64,000 nt of DNA, from NCBI GenBank assembly GCA_020184695.1, contig JAANOX010000081.1:186001-250000 (forward strand), read 5' to 3'. Under the pieces are notes generated by a model. The model did no database searches. It worked only from the letters and a program-made list of their open reading frames with translations, and was not told the origin of the DNA. Below are positions 22,300 through 33,069 of this stretch, piece by piece (positions within the stretch are counted from its first letter, which is position 1; every line of letters starts with the position of its first letter). The position numbers were made by a program, and so were the translations under genes. Source of the DNA: Histomonas meleagridis 2922-C6/04-290x (lineage: Eukaryota; Protista; Parabasalia).

Positions 22300-22960
22300 G
22301 ATAAGTGGAATGATAATATCCTATTCTCATTTTATCTATCAACTTGATACAAAATCTTTTCGTTTTCATAGCAATTTAATTAGATAACGATCGAAATCAT
22401 ACAATACAACAATAATTCAATACTGAACTTTCAAATAAAATTTACATTTCAAGTATTTTAATATCCAACTGCTTTTTACATTCAAATAAAAATCTAATTC
22501 ATTCAAAAAAATTTACAGAAATTATCCACAAACGATGAATATTTTTTAAAAAATTCCTCTATGTTTTTTGATGATAGCTACTTTCTTGTATCCAACAGTA
22601 ACTTAGAAACGTATTGTATATACAAATAAATCGATTTATTCAAAAAGAAAAAACAAATATATTTTCTCGATGAATTAACATTAAAAAATGATTTTTTGTC
22701 ATTTAGATTTATAAATCATTTGAATGTTAGAGCAAACAAATATCATTCTTGATATTCTTAAACTATTCCAAGTTTTCAATAAAGTTAATCCAAGTTTTAT
22801 CAGTGTTTCATGCTTTTGCATTTTCAACAGAAACAAAGCAACGACAAATATTTCACTTTTTTAAACAAATACTTTCAATTTTAATAACATTAAGCAGAAG
22901 TTGTAATCATTATTTAGACAGAAGTCTTATTTGAATACAAAATGGCATTGAAATTTTTAA
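22300..22960 (-). mobile_element. possible highly decayed pogo/DDE_1-like transposase fragment
   Basis: ENAKA*NTDKTWINFIEN...ICLL* loosely resembles NxKAWMxxxxFxxW...ILLxD. Many stops; weak. Confidence 0.2.
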
Positions 22961-23369
22961 TATTTTATAATTTCATAAAGTTGAAAATGATTTTACATAA
23001 ACCTTAATCAGTTGAATTAATCATTCATCAAATTTGATATACAATGATTCTTATATTGCATATCGCCAAGGCTGTTCTCAGAAAAATATTTTGCGTGCGC
23101 GGATTGTGTTCCAAATTTTTAAGCTGATCAATATAAAATCTATTGAATAAATAATGCTATAAGATATTATTATCATAAAACTGAATGTTATTGTTGTTTG
23201 ATGAGCGCTGCTTCTGCATCTTTTTATGTATAACAAATTTCTTTTCACAATGAAAAATGATTAAAGACAAAAACAGAAAAATTTTTTCACATTTCAACAT
23301 ATTTTATCATTACTTCGTTATGAAAACTTTGCCAAAAAAACGTTTGTGTTTATTTAGGTCTTGAACATT

Positions 23370-23927
23370 TTATATCTTTTGCTGATTAGAAGGAACAAAT
23401 CCACTATAGTAAATGACTGGCATCAACTCTGGCCTTTCCTTCATGTTAAATGTCGGATATTTTGAGATTTCGAATATCTGCGGCATCAAGAATGAGTTCT
23501 GGTACACGGTCAGCAGCGCGCGCTCCTCAACAACGCGCTCCTCCGTCTGTGTGCTGATGGTGACTTTGCCTTTTTTGTCGTCTTCTTCTTTAGTTTCTTT
23601 GTTGTCTTCCTTTTTGCTGTCAGTTGTCTCTTTCGCTTTGTCTTGTGATGCAATGTTGGGAGTTTGCGATGATGCATTTGCGGGAGCAGTAACAGCTTTA
23701 CTTGCACTATTTGATGAGCTTTGCGCTGTAGAAATTGGTGTTGTTGCTGAAGAAGTACTTATTGTTGTGGAACTTGCGGATGTCTGTTGAGGTGGCTGCG
23801 ATTTAACTTGAGCAGAAGATGCATTGGATACATTTTGATTTTTGTTTGGTGATTCGATATTTGCTTCCTTTGGTCTATTGTTTGAAATTCCAAATGTTGA
23901 AGTTGTAGAGGTAGGCCATGAATTCAT
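23370..23927 (-). CDS. low-complexity Ser/Thr/Ala-rich hypothetical protein
   Basis: 185-aa ATG-initiated ORF with S/T/A tracts followed by a K/E/D tract. Confidence 0.6.
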   Translation of the reverse strand: MNSWPTSTTSTFGISNNRPKEANIESPNKNQNVSNASSAQVKSQPPQQTSASSTTISTSSATTPISTAQSSSNSASKAVTAPANASSQTPNIASQDKAKETTDSKKEDNKETKEEDDKKGKVTISTQTEERVVEERALLTVYQNSFLMPQIFEISKYPTFNMKERPELMPVIYYSGFVPSNQQKI

Positions 23928-24549
23928 TTGTGTTGGCTTTGGTCTAAATATGTTGTGGATCTCGGAATGAGAGAAATAATTTATTTCAAAAACTTTTTGA
24001 ATTAAAATTGAACACTGAAACTGTTTTTACGACATGGAAAGGGGCACCCTTAATTAACGGTTGTTTGTGATACAGATTGTGAGCTCCGATAGCAAAAAGT
24101 GACTACGTGGAAATTGAATGCAAAAGTGGGATCCGCAGCAATTGCAATTTCTTGGGCAGAATGCATTTCTTAGCAGATTCAAAGCATGCTTTCGAAATAA
24201 TTTGGTGTGCGATTTTTTCTTTTAACACCATATCATTCTTCAGAATTGATTGTGACTCTACCAAAGTTAAAATATTTGTTTTGGAGTGGAAGTGCAACGA
24301 TAGAGTTATTGAGATTTATTAATCAGAATGATTTACAAAGTCACTTTTTCAATACTACTTCGCTTTTTGGCAGCAAACCGTAGAATACATTCAAATCGAA
24401 ACATAACCTTGTTTCTTTTGACATTATTACAAAAAAATGACGGTTATAATCATTGGCAAGGTCTGCTCGGTTTGTCATTTTTGGAGGACCAAACAGACCT
24501 ACAGAATAATTGACAGCTTTGGCCGGGTGTTGTTCAGCCTCTTCTGATA

Positions 24550-25812
24550 ATGTCTTCCAGAAAGACAGTCAATGTTTATAACATCAAAGGTGAAAAGGCT
24601 TCAACAGCTGCACTCCCAAAGGTTTTCGATACACCAGTTCGTGCTGATCTTGTTGCCGCTGTATACAAGGATCTTGCAAAGAATTTAATGCAACCACACG
24701 GCACATCACCAAAGGCTGGTATCCGTCCATCAGCTGCATCATGGGGTACAGGTCGTGCTAAGGCCCGTGTTCCACGTGTTAATGGTTCTGGTTCAAACCG
24801 TAATGGTCAAGCTGCATATGCAAACTTTGCACGTGGCGGTCATCGTTTCGGCCCACCAAAGCTTACATACAGATGGTTCCATGCTGTTCCAATCAAGCAA
24901 CGTCGTTATGCTGTTGCATCCGCAATTGCAGCTTCCCAAGTTCAAGCTCTTGTTGAAGCACGTGGTCATGAAATCAAGGAATTAAATGAAATCCCAGTTG
25001 TTGTTACAGATGAAATCGAAAAGTTACAAAAGACAAAGGATGCTGTTGCTTTCCTCAAGGCAATCAAGGCTTATGCTGATGTTAAGCGTGTTATTGATGG
25101 TAAATACCACCGTTCATCAAAGGGATCAATGCGTCGTTCATCAACCAAGACAAAGCGCGGCCCACTCGTTGTCTACAACAAGGACGAAGGTGTTGTTAAG
25201 GCCTTCCGTAACATCCCAGGCGTTGAAATCCAAAGCGTCCATCGTCTTTCCATCTATCAACTTGCACCAGCTGGTAAAATGGGTCGTCTTGTCATCTGGA
25301 CAGAATCTGCTTTCAAGGCCCTCGACGAAATCTATGAAAACAAGAAAGGTTTCACAATTCCACACTCAATTGTCACTAATGCAGATGTTGAACGTATCAT
25401 CTATAGCGATGAAGTTCAAGCAGTCATCAAACCAGCTCAAGTTAACGTTGCTCTTCCAAAGGTCCGTTGCCCATGCCGCCTTGGTATTGCATGCGATGAA
25501 TGGAAGAAGGCATTAGACGAAATCGCAGCCCTCCGCGCAGCAGAAGAAGCCAAGAACAACACACCAGAAGCAATCAAGGCACTCTTCGACGAAGTTGTTG
25601 CTGCACAACCAGAACCACCTGAAAATCTCAGCATCGCAGTCGACGTCAAGCCAGGATACTTCGACGCATTACACCAAAAGGAGGATGACCTTCTCGAGGC
25701 ACAACTCGAAGCTGATAAGCCAGTCGAAGAAAAGAAGGAAGAAGAACCAGCTGACGCTGCCCCAGCTGCAGGAGCACCAGCTGCAAAGGCTGCACCAGCA
25801 CCAAAGAAGTAA
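24550..25812 (+). CDS. RPL4: 60S ribosomal protein L4 (uL4)
   Basis: SWGTGRAKARVPRV, GQAAYANFARGGHRFGPP, VKAFRNIPGVE, LAPAGKMGRLVIWTESAF; strongly biased codons; Ala/Pro/Lys tail. Confidence 0.97.
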   Translation: MSSRKTVNVYNIKGEKASTAALPKVFDTPVRADLVAAVYKDLAKNLMQPHGTSPKAGIRPSAASWGTGRAKARVPRVNGSGSNRNGQAAYANFARGGHRFGPPKLTYRWFHAVPIKQRRYAVASAIAASQVQALVEARGHEIKELNEIPVVVTDEIEKLQKTKDAVAFLKAIKAYADVKRVIDGKYHRSSKGSMRRSSTKTKRGPLVVYNKDEGVVKAFRNIPGVEIQSVHRLSIYQLAPAGKMGRLVIWTESAFKALDEIYENKKGFTIPHSIVTNADVERIIYSDEVQAVIKPAQVNVALPKVRCPCRLGIACDEWKKALDEIAALRAAEEAKNNTPEAIKALFDEVVAAQPEPPENLSIAVDVKPGYFDALHQKEDDLLEAQLEADKPVEEKKEEEPADAAPAAGAPAAKAAPAPKK

Positions 25813-26314
25813 AAGAGTAAATGACTCGTTTCTATTTACTTTTAGTTTACATAATAATAATTTCCTTTTTAATTGTGACATCAGCAATATATTTAGTAAG
25901 TTATAATGAACATGAACAAAAGTGTTATTAGGTTTCTTTGTTTTGATGTTTATTTGTGTTCCAAGTGTCTTGTGTTTGACTGTCAAAAGTGTGACCGTTG
26001 TTAGATATTTTTTATTACATTATGCAAAATGTTTAGTGATATTGACAACAAAACCCCCTCAGAACAATGATTCTATGCAGTTACTAATTAATTAAGTTTG
26101 AACAAATTATTTATAATTTAAGATAATATAATCTTGAGTTAGCTGTCAAGCAAACAATAAAATTCTTTTATTTCAACTTTCCATATAATTTTCCGTTTTT
26201 CTTCACATAAAATTTAATGCGGTTATTAAGACAGAATATCATGCTAGCGAGGATATAAATCGCTAAGCATTTCCATAATTCAAGAGATAAAATAAAATGT
26301 AAACTTTGTTTACT

Positions 26315-28561
26315 TCAATGTCCTTGTTTGCTTGCCTCTTTTCTCGGAACAAGTGATATTGCACCTGTTGGACATCTTGACACACACATTCCACACCCCA
26401 CACATTTATCCAAGTCGACGACGTATTTCCATTTTGCAGGTTCTAAATCAATTGCATCATTAGGACATATAGTACATCTGCCACAACCAATGCATACGTA
26501 AGGGTTAGTTAAATTACAAGCAAGTTGTTCGATTTCAATATCTTCAATATCGACAGATGTTTGACCGTTAGATTTTTCAATGTATTCTTTCAATGATTTA
26601 CACCCATCGTTTGCAATGTAATAAGAAAGTTGAGCGTTCATAAAATCTATTTCTTTACCACCACGTTCAAGTCGACTCGGATCCACTTCAACAAACAATG
26701 CGTTATTACTAAGGTAATACAAAGCCATTTTATAATTTTGAATCCCACCACATACAGCGAAACCTTTTGGATATAATTCTTTTTTAATTGGGATCTTTGA
26801 TTTTTCATCAGAATAAACATTTGAAGATAAGTTACGACGCAATTCAACAACAGCAAATTCATTTTGATTTTCATTAACTTTTGTTATATAAAGAATTGGT
26901 AATTTGTATTGACGATCATTTTTCTCAGAATTGAGAATTTGAATCGCATCAAGTTTTGATGTCTCAAGTGATTTCAGGTCATTTTCGAATGATGATGATG
27001 TTGCATCCAATTCAGCTATAAGTAAACTTTCTGGATATTCCTCACGTAAGTGCTCAGTCATTTGGAATACTTTTTCGGCTGTTTGTTCGCCATTAAAGAT
27101 ATAATCATCGGACTTCTTATGGAATGATACACAATATTTTGGATCTGATACAACTTTCATTACAAGTCCTCCCCATCCGGATTTGAGCAAATTACGAGCA
27201 GCGTTAAGGTTATCAGTTAATGGTGATGCTGCTGCTATTAATGGTGTTGATAACTTCTTATTAAGGAATTCAATGCTAATATCTGCTGGTCTCATATTAG
27301 GAGTAAATATTTGTAATGTACTATTCAAGAAATCTGGAATCTCTGGAATCGGCTCTCCCTTAAGATAGCAATCAATTTGATGTGCTACATTCTTACCAGA
27401 TGCGCATGCTTGAACTGCTGACATTGCTTTTCCACGACTTTGACCTGCTGAAAACTTTGCATTCTCATCGAGCGTTGATGTGAAACCTACAGCTGATACG
27501 CAATAATCAATTTCATTCCATTTCTGTTCTGATTCAGGAATTGGATTAAGTTTGCCATCAACACGTATTGTATTTAAGAGGAGTTTTCCATTCTTCTCTT
27601 CAATGCTTTGAAGTATCGTGCGTTGGACAATCGAAACGCCGAATGCTTCGACAAGACCTCTTTCATCGGTTGAGAGGGGTGCCTCATCAACTCGGCGACG
27701 ATAGAGAATTTGAGCGTACGAAGCTCCACTTTTGAGTGCGTGTATCGCGCAGTCAATTGCAACGGCTCCGCAACCGATAATGACGACACTTTTGTCTTTG
27801 ATTTCCTCGGCACTTTTGAGGAGGAATTTACGAGCTATCGTAGAATGCTCTTTTCCGGGGATACTGAGTTCGTTTTCGACAGCCATACCAACGCAGTAAC
27901 AAGTTGCGTCGAAGTTAGATTCCATTTCTGATTTGAATTCAGTGTTATATTTAATTTCGATATCACCACAACTAAGTACAAATTTGACATCTTTGTCGAT
28001 TTGGCCTTTGGAGAAACGTGACTTAGGAATATAGATAAGATCACCACCAGCATATGCTTCTTTCTCGAATATTGTTACGGAATGTCCTTTCATACCAAGG
28101 AAGGCAGCGCATGATAAACCTGCTGGGCCTGCGCCAACTACAGCAACCTTTTTGCCTGTGGGTTGATTTGGTTTTGGAAGATAAGATAAAAATTTTGATT
28201 TGCCGTTTTCGAAAGCGCGACGAACTATCTCGGCTTGGACGCCCGGGATGTTGATTGCCATGTCGAAGCGACCACGGCTGCAATTTTGCATGCAGAATTT
28301 TGTTGGACATATTTGACCACATGTGGCTGATAATGGGTTCATCGAATAAAGGAGAATTGAGGCGAGGTCAAAGTCTGATTGGTTACCTCCGGATGCAACG
28401 TGGATGAAATCTCTTGGTGAACAATGGCATGGACAAGATTTAGAGCATGGCTTCTGGAAGCATTGGATACAGCGGTCAATTTGCCCGTCAAATTGGTACT
28501 GCGATAGTCCTTTGTAGTCCTTTTTGGGGTTGATGCGACTCGGAAATACGTTTTGGAGCAT
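26315..28561 (-). CDS. dihydropyrimidine dehydrogenase-like flavo-FeS protein (GltD/PreT module, reduced FMN barrel, 2x[4Fe-4S] ferredoxin)
   Basis: RCIQCFQKPCSKSCP, TCGQICP..CMQNC, GAGPAGL, IIGCGAVAIDCA, GWGGLVMK, CIGCGRC..CP and CVGCGMCVSRCP. Confidence 0.85.
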   Translation of the reverse strand: MLQNVFPSRINPKKDYKGLSQYQFDGQIDRCIQCFQKPCSKSCPCHCSPRDFIHVASGGNQSDFDLASILLYSMNPLSATCGQICPTKFCMQNCSRGRFDMAINIPGVQAEIVRRAFENGKSKFLSYLPKPNQPTGKKVAVVGAGPAGLSCAAFLGMKGHSVTIFEKEAYAGGDLIYIPKSRFSKGQIDKDVKFVLSCGDIEIKYNTEFKSEMESNFDATCYCVGMAVENELSIPGKEHSTIARKFLLKSAEEIKDKSVVIIGCGAVAIDCAIHALKSGASYAQILYRRRVDEAPLSTDERGLVEAFGVSIVQRTILQSIEEKNGKLLLNTIRVDGKLNPIPESEQKWNEIDYCVSAVGFTSTLDENAKFSAGQSRGKAMSAVQACASGKNVAHQIDCYLKGEPIPEIPDFLNSTLQIFTPNMRPADISIEFLNKKLSTPLIAAASPLTDNLNAARNLLKSGWGGLVMKVVSDPKYCVSFHKKSDDYIFNGEQTAEKVFQMTEHLREEYPESLLIAELDATSSSFENDLKSLETSKLDAIQILNSEKNDRQYKLPILYITKVNENQNEFAVVELRRNLSSNVYSDEKSKIPIKKELYPKGFAVCGGIQNYKMALYYLSNNALFVEVDPSRLERGGKEIDFMNAQLSYYIANDGCKSLKEYIEKSNGQTSVDIEDIEIEQLACNLTNPYVCIGCGRCTICPNDAIDLEPAKWKYVVDLDKCVGCGMCVSRCPTGAISLVPRKEASKQGH

Positions 28562-29091
28562 TGCCCTAAAATTATCGTGGCGGTTATGTCGTTACAAAAA
28601 TATTGTACGATAAATTTGTAAACAAAACGATCAAATACCGCTGAAAACCGAAGTGGAGACGTTTATTCGGCACTTTTTGATCATTATCATCAGCGGAGGG
28701 CGGTTTTGATCATAAAAGTGAAAAGTGACATTTTGTAAACCTCTATCGGTATGACCTAAAGTTTTTTATTGCATCTGCAGACACTTTCATGCAGCCAAAT
28801 AAAAACATCCATATAAAACGTACATAACTTTAAATGAATTTTCAAAATTTGATCAAAATCTGAATGATGTCGAAGGGGAAACAACAAAAGTTTCTGACTT
28901 AATACTCTACAGCTCACTGAAACTTTAGGCAAACATTAACATTGCACTGTTGATATCAAAATGATTCTCTTGGATATAAAACGTATTACAATTTGACAAA
29001 TGATAGAGAAACCGTTTTGGGCCACCCCAAACTTGAACGTTCAAACAAAAAGTTATTCTCCTTTAGTTACATTCCTGCATATTATTTGTGC

Positions 29092-31425
29092 ATGTCTACT
29101 GAAAATGAAACAAAGATTTCACCAGAAATGAAGCTTTTACAATCAATCCATCAAATTATATTTGGGCTAGAATATGATAATATTGAAGCATCATCTCAAA
29201 CAACGGTTGAATTTTTTGACCAGAATTTTCCCATTACATTTAATCTTGTTATAATACAAAACATTCATACAGCTTATTGTGTGCAATACAAAAATGTTAA
29301 AATATATTTAAACTACTTAGAAATAATTGAAGATAAGGAGGGGAAAATATTGAATAAAAATCCGAAAATTATTCGAATGTTAATAGATTCTATAAATAAG
29401 GATTTAAATGAATTAAAATATCTATATGCTGACCTTGTAAATTCTGGTGTAATTGAACAAAAACCAGATGATTTCAATATGAAAATATTTAATTCGATTA
29501 AAAATTATGATCTTGAAGAAATTATGAAGTATAACAACAATTTAATGAACTTTTTAAATGCTGTACCAATAATATCTATAATCTTACAAAAAGATGATGT
29601 TGATAAACTTCAAGAAATATCAACGCATGCAAATTTTGATATTAATCAAAAAATCAAATCGTCTTTTTATGAAAAATGTTTACTTAATAATCCAAATGGT
29701 ATAACATTAATTGATTATGCAGCATATTTTGGATCAATTAAATGTTTTAAATATTTACTTCTAAATGGTTCTAAAATAGAAAATACAGGTAAATATGCAG
29801 TTGCAGGTGGAAACATTGAAATCATTCATTTATGTGAACAAAATCATGCAACATTTAAAGGTTCCTGTGAAGCAGCAATTCAATTTCATCGAAATGACAT
29901 TTTCCATTACATTTATAAGAAAAATTATCTTGAACCTGATAACATAAATCAAAATTATTTTTTTGATGTACAATTTGAACAGTTAACTGAAGAAGAAGAA
30001 GAACAACAAAATAGATTATCTAAGTTAGCTATTAAATGTGTTCAATATAATAATTATGAAATTTTTTTGTTTTTAGAAGAAAATGGTTTAATTATTAATA
30101 AAGATATTGTATATAAAACACTAAGAAAAGGAAATTTATATTTGGCAAAATATATTATGAAAGGAAAAGAATTCCCGAATAATTCTTTGGTATATGCTTG
30201 CGCATCATCAAATATTGAACTTGTTAATTGTGTTTTTAAAAATTGTGATTTTGATATTAATGGAAAAGATATATATTTGTTAAATTTAAAGTTTTTCCAA
30301 TATATTTGATGGGATTTATTCGAATTATTTAGTACAGCACTTAAAAAAGTAATATGTAATAATCAATATGATTTAGTTAAATTACTCCTTGAACAAAAAG
30401 GAATTGATGTTAATATTCAAGATATTTATTTGTTCCATTTCAAGCTTATTTTGTTAATTTTGGTTTTCAAGAAAAAATTTGGAAATTGTTTAAATTATTT
30501 TCAACACCATTAATGTATGCATCTCAATTTGGTCATACGGATATAGTTAAATTACTTCTTGAACATGAAGGAATTGATGTTAATATTCAAAATATTTATT
30601 TACTTTATTTAAATTTTATTTTAACAATAAAATATTATATAATTAAATTTAAAATTTATTTATATTATTTAAAACAGCACTTATGATTGCATCTAATAAT
30701 GGTCACACAGAAATAGTTAAATTACTTCTTAAACAAAAAGGAATTGATGTAAATATTCCAAATATTTATTTATTTTAATTTATATTTATTTTAATCATAT
30801 GAAATTTCAAAATAATATTTGGAAATTATTCAAATTATTTAGAACAGCACTTCAAATGGCATTTCAACCAGAACACGAAGAAATTATAAAGTTACTTCTT
30901 CAGCATGAAGGAATTGATGTCACTACTAAAGATATATATTTTTATCAAACGAATTTTATTTAAAAAGTTTAATGCCTTCAATTTTTTATTAATATATATT
31001 TTAATAATATTGTACAATACTTATGTCAGCAGTCAAACATGGTAGTTATGAAATGGTTAAATTACTTCTTGAACAAGAAGGAATTGATATTAATGCTAAA
31101 GATATTTATTTGTTTAATTTAATATTTATTTTAATAATTTGATATTTATTTTAATAATTTGATATTTCAAAATAATATTTGGAAATTATTGAAATTATTT
31201 AAAACGGCTCTTATCATTGCATCTGCAAATGGCAATATTGAAATAGTTAAATTACTTATTGAACAAGAAGGTATTGATATTAATGCTAAAGATAATGATG
31301 GATTCTCAGCAATTATCAATGCAGCTAAATTTGGGAAAAAAGAAATTATTGATGTGCTTAAAGAAATAAAAGGAATTGAATATGACGAACAAAAAATAAA
31401 AGAACAATGGGGAAATGAAAATTAG
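29092..31425 (+). CDS. DUF3447-type ankyrin protein, locus C; about 641 aa after removing spacers from 6 linkers; last linker uninterrupted
   Basis: LIDYAAYFGSIKCFKYL motif, five internal 93-nt blocks, final 225-nt block containing an intact AKDNDGFS linker. Confidence 0.8.
30271..31200 (+). repeat. ankyrin unit array with 17-nt spacer / single-codon linkers (6 linkers)
   Basis: Linkers at 30271-30330 (60 nt), 30424-30500, 30594-30670, 30764-30840, 30934-31010, 31104-31200 (97 nt). Confidence 0.92.
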
Positions 31426-31839
31426 TGAAGAAGAGTCAAAGAAATGTTAACGAATGGTGAAAAAGAAGAAGAAAATGATCCATATAAAGCTGAAATGATG
31501 CCACCTAATGTTGCTTCGTTCTTTCAGAATTTTTCCCAAAAAGATAATTCTTGAGTTTTGGTATAGATTTTATTTTCAGATACAAAAATTATTTGTTTAT
31601 TCAATAATCCGGTAAAAATAATTCACAATACAAATTTAATGATTTAGATTAAGGTTTATGCATAAATACAAATATTTTAAATTGAATTTCATTTTGGCAT
31701 TTTTAGTAACATCTTTCAATTTTTGAATCGGTTATTTAAATTTTGGCAAATTTTATGTAAATTACTTAAATATTTGAATTGTTATTTGTCTGACCACTTA
31801 TTCCAGCAAAAGAAAAAACATAACAAATTTTGTAATCTG

Positions 31840-32808
31840 ATGGGAAAAGATTATTATAAAATACTTGGTGTTGAGAGAAATGCAAATAAAGATCAGTTAA
31901 AAAAAGCTTACCGTAAGCTTGCAATGAGGTGGCATCCAGATAAAAACCCAAATAATCAAGAAGAAGCACAAGCAAAATTCCAAGAAATATCTGAAGCATA
32001 CGACGTACTTAGCGATCCAAAGAAACGTCAGGTTTATGATAAATATGGTGAAGAAGGCTTAAAAGGTGATGTTAATCCAGAACACTATACATTTAATTCT
32101 AGAAATGCAGATGAAATATTTAGGTCATTTTTCGATGATGATTTCTTTGGTCCTATGGGACATCCATTTTTCAATAATGATTTCTTTAATATGGGCGGAT
32201 TTCATTCTCGAATGCCAGGTAGCAATTTTTCATTTTACTCAAATCGTCCACCACCAAAACCAGACCCTATGGTAGTAAATGTTTATTGTACTTTAGAACA
32301 ATTATATACTGGAACAACCAAAAACATTCGTGTTACTCGCCGAATCAATGGTAGCGATGACGAGAAAATGTATAAAATCGAAATCGAACCAGGCTATCTC
32401 GAAGGTACAAAAATCAAATATGAAAATGAAGGTGATCAATATAATGGCCAACAACCTCAAGACCTTGTTTTTGTTATCAAGCAGCTCAGACACAACACAT
32501 TTATTCGTGACAAAGCTGATTTAATTGTGGATAAGAAAATCTCAATTTGCGATGCTTTAACTGGGTTCGATATTACTCAAAAATGCATTGACGGAGAAGA
32601 GATAGAGTTTTCAGTGGATGAAGTTGTCACTCCTGGAAAAGAGATAAGGATTCCTGGAAAAGGAATGCCGAAAAGGAAAGAAAACGGATATGGTGATATG
32701 GTGTTCAGGTTCAGCATCGAATTTCCAAAGACTCTGTCAGATGATGCAAAAGATTTAATTAGAGCTGGATTTTCATTAGATATGGAACCACAACAAAATC
32801 CTAATTAA
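31840..32808 (+). CDS. DnaJ/Hsp40 class B co-chaperone
   Basis: [11 protein letters not shown]...WHPDKNP J-domain, G/F-rich region, C-terminal CTLEQLYTG and GKGMP motifs; no Zn finger. Confidence 0.92.
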   Translation: MGKDYYKILGVERNANKDQLKKAYRKLAMRWHPDKNPNNQEEAQAKFQEISEAYDVLSDPKKRQVYDKYGEEGLKGDVNPEHYTFNSRNADEIFRSFFDDDFFGPMGHPFFNNDFFNMGGFHSRMPGSNFSFYSNRPPPKPDPMVVNVYCTLEQLYTGTTKNIRVTRRINGSDDEKMYKIEIEPGYLEGTKIKYENEGDQYNGQQPQDLVFVIKQLRHNTFIRDKADLIVDKKISICDALTGFDITQKCIDGEEIEFSVDEVVTPGKEIRIPGKGMPKRKENGYGDMVFRFSIEFPKTLSDDAKDLIRAGFSLDMEPQQNPN

Positions 32809-33069
32809 CTTTAAGTACAGCATTAATTTTGATTATGAAATGAATAAATAATAATTAGAAATAAGAAAAATTATTTGCTAAGATACACTTTTCAATAAAG
32901 TAGTGAAAATGTGAGCTGTTTATAAATGGATTAAAATTTCAATCGGCTTTAGTGGAGTTCAAAAAGAATATAAAAACGCAGGTTTTTTAATATGAAATAG
33001 CTGTTATAACGGTTTAATTTGTTCAATTTATATTTAGGAACAAAACTTTATATTTTTTGTTCTTGAGTA

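Noticed and set aside
24103-24513. Short ORFs upstream of RPL4
   Set aside because: No homology recognised and no splice signals to join them.
30268-30336. U12-type AT-AC intron reading (ATATTT...AC)
   Set aside because: Joining at those ends breaks the frame, and the ATATCCTT and TCCTTAAC signals are absent.
31141-31200. Hairpin formed by spacers 2-4 (TTTCAAAAT-AAT-ATTTGGAAA plus AATAATTT/AAATTATT)
   Set aside because: Easily arises in about 90% AT sequence; no compensatory changes seen, and it is absent from divergent linkers (C5, D7) that still keep the 17-nt parse.
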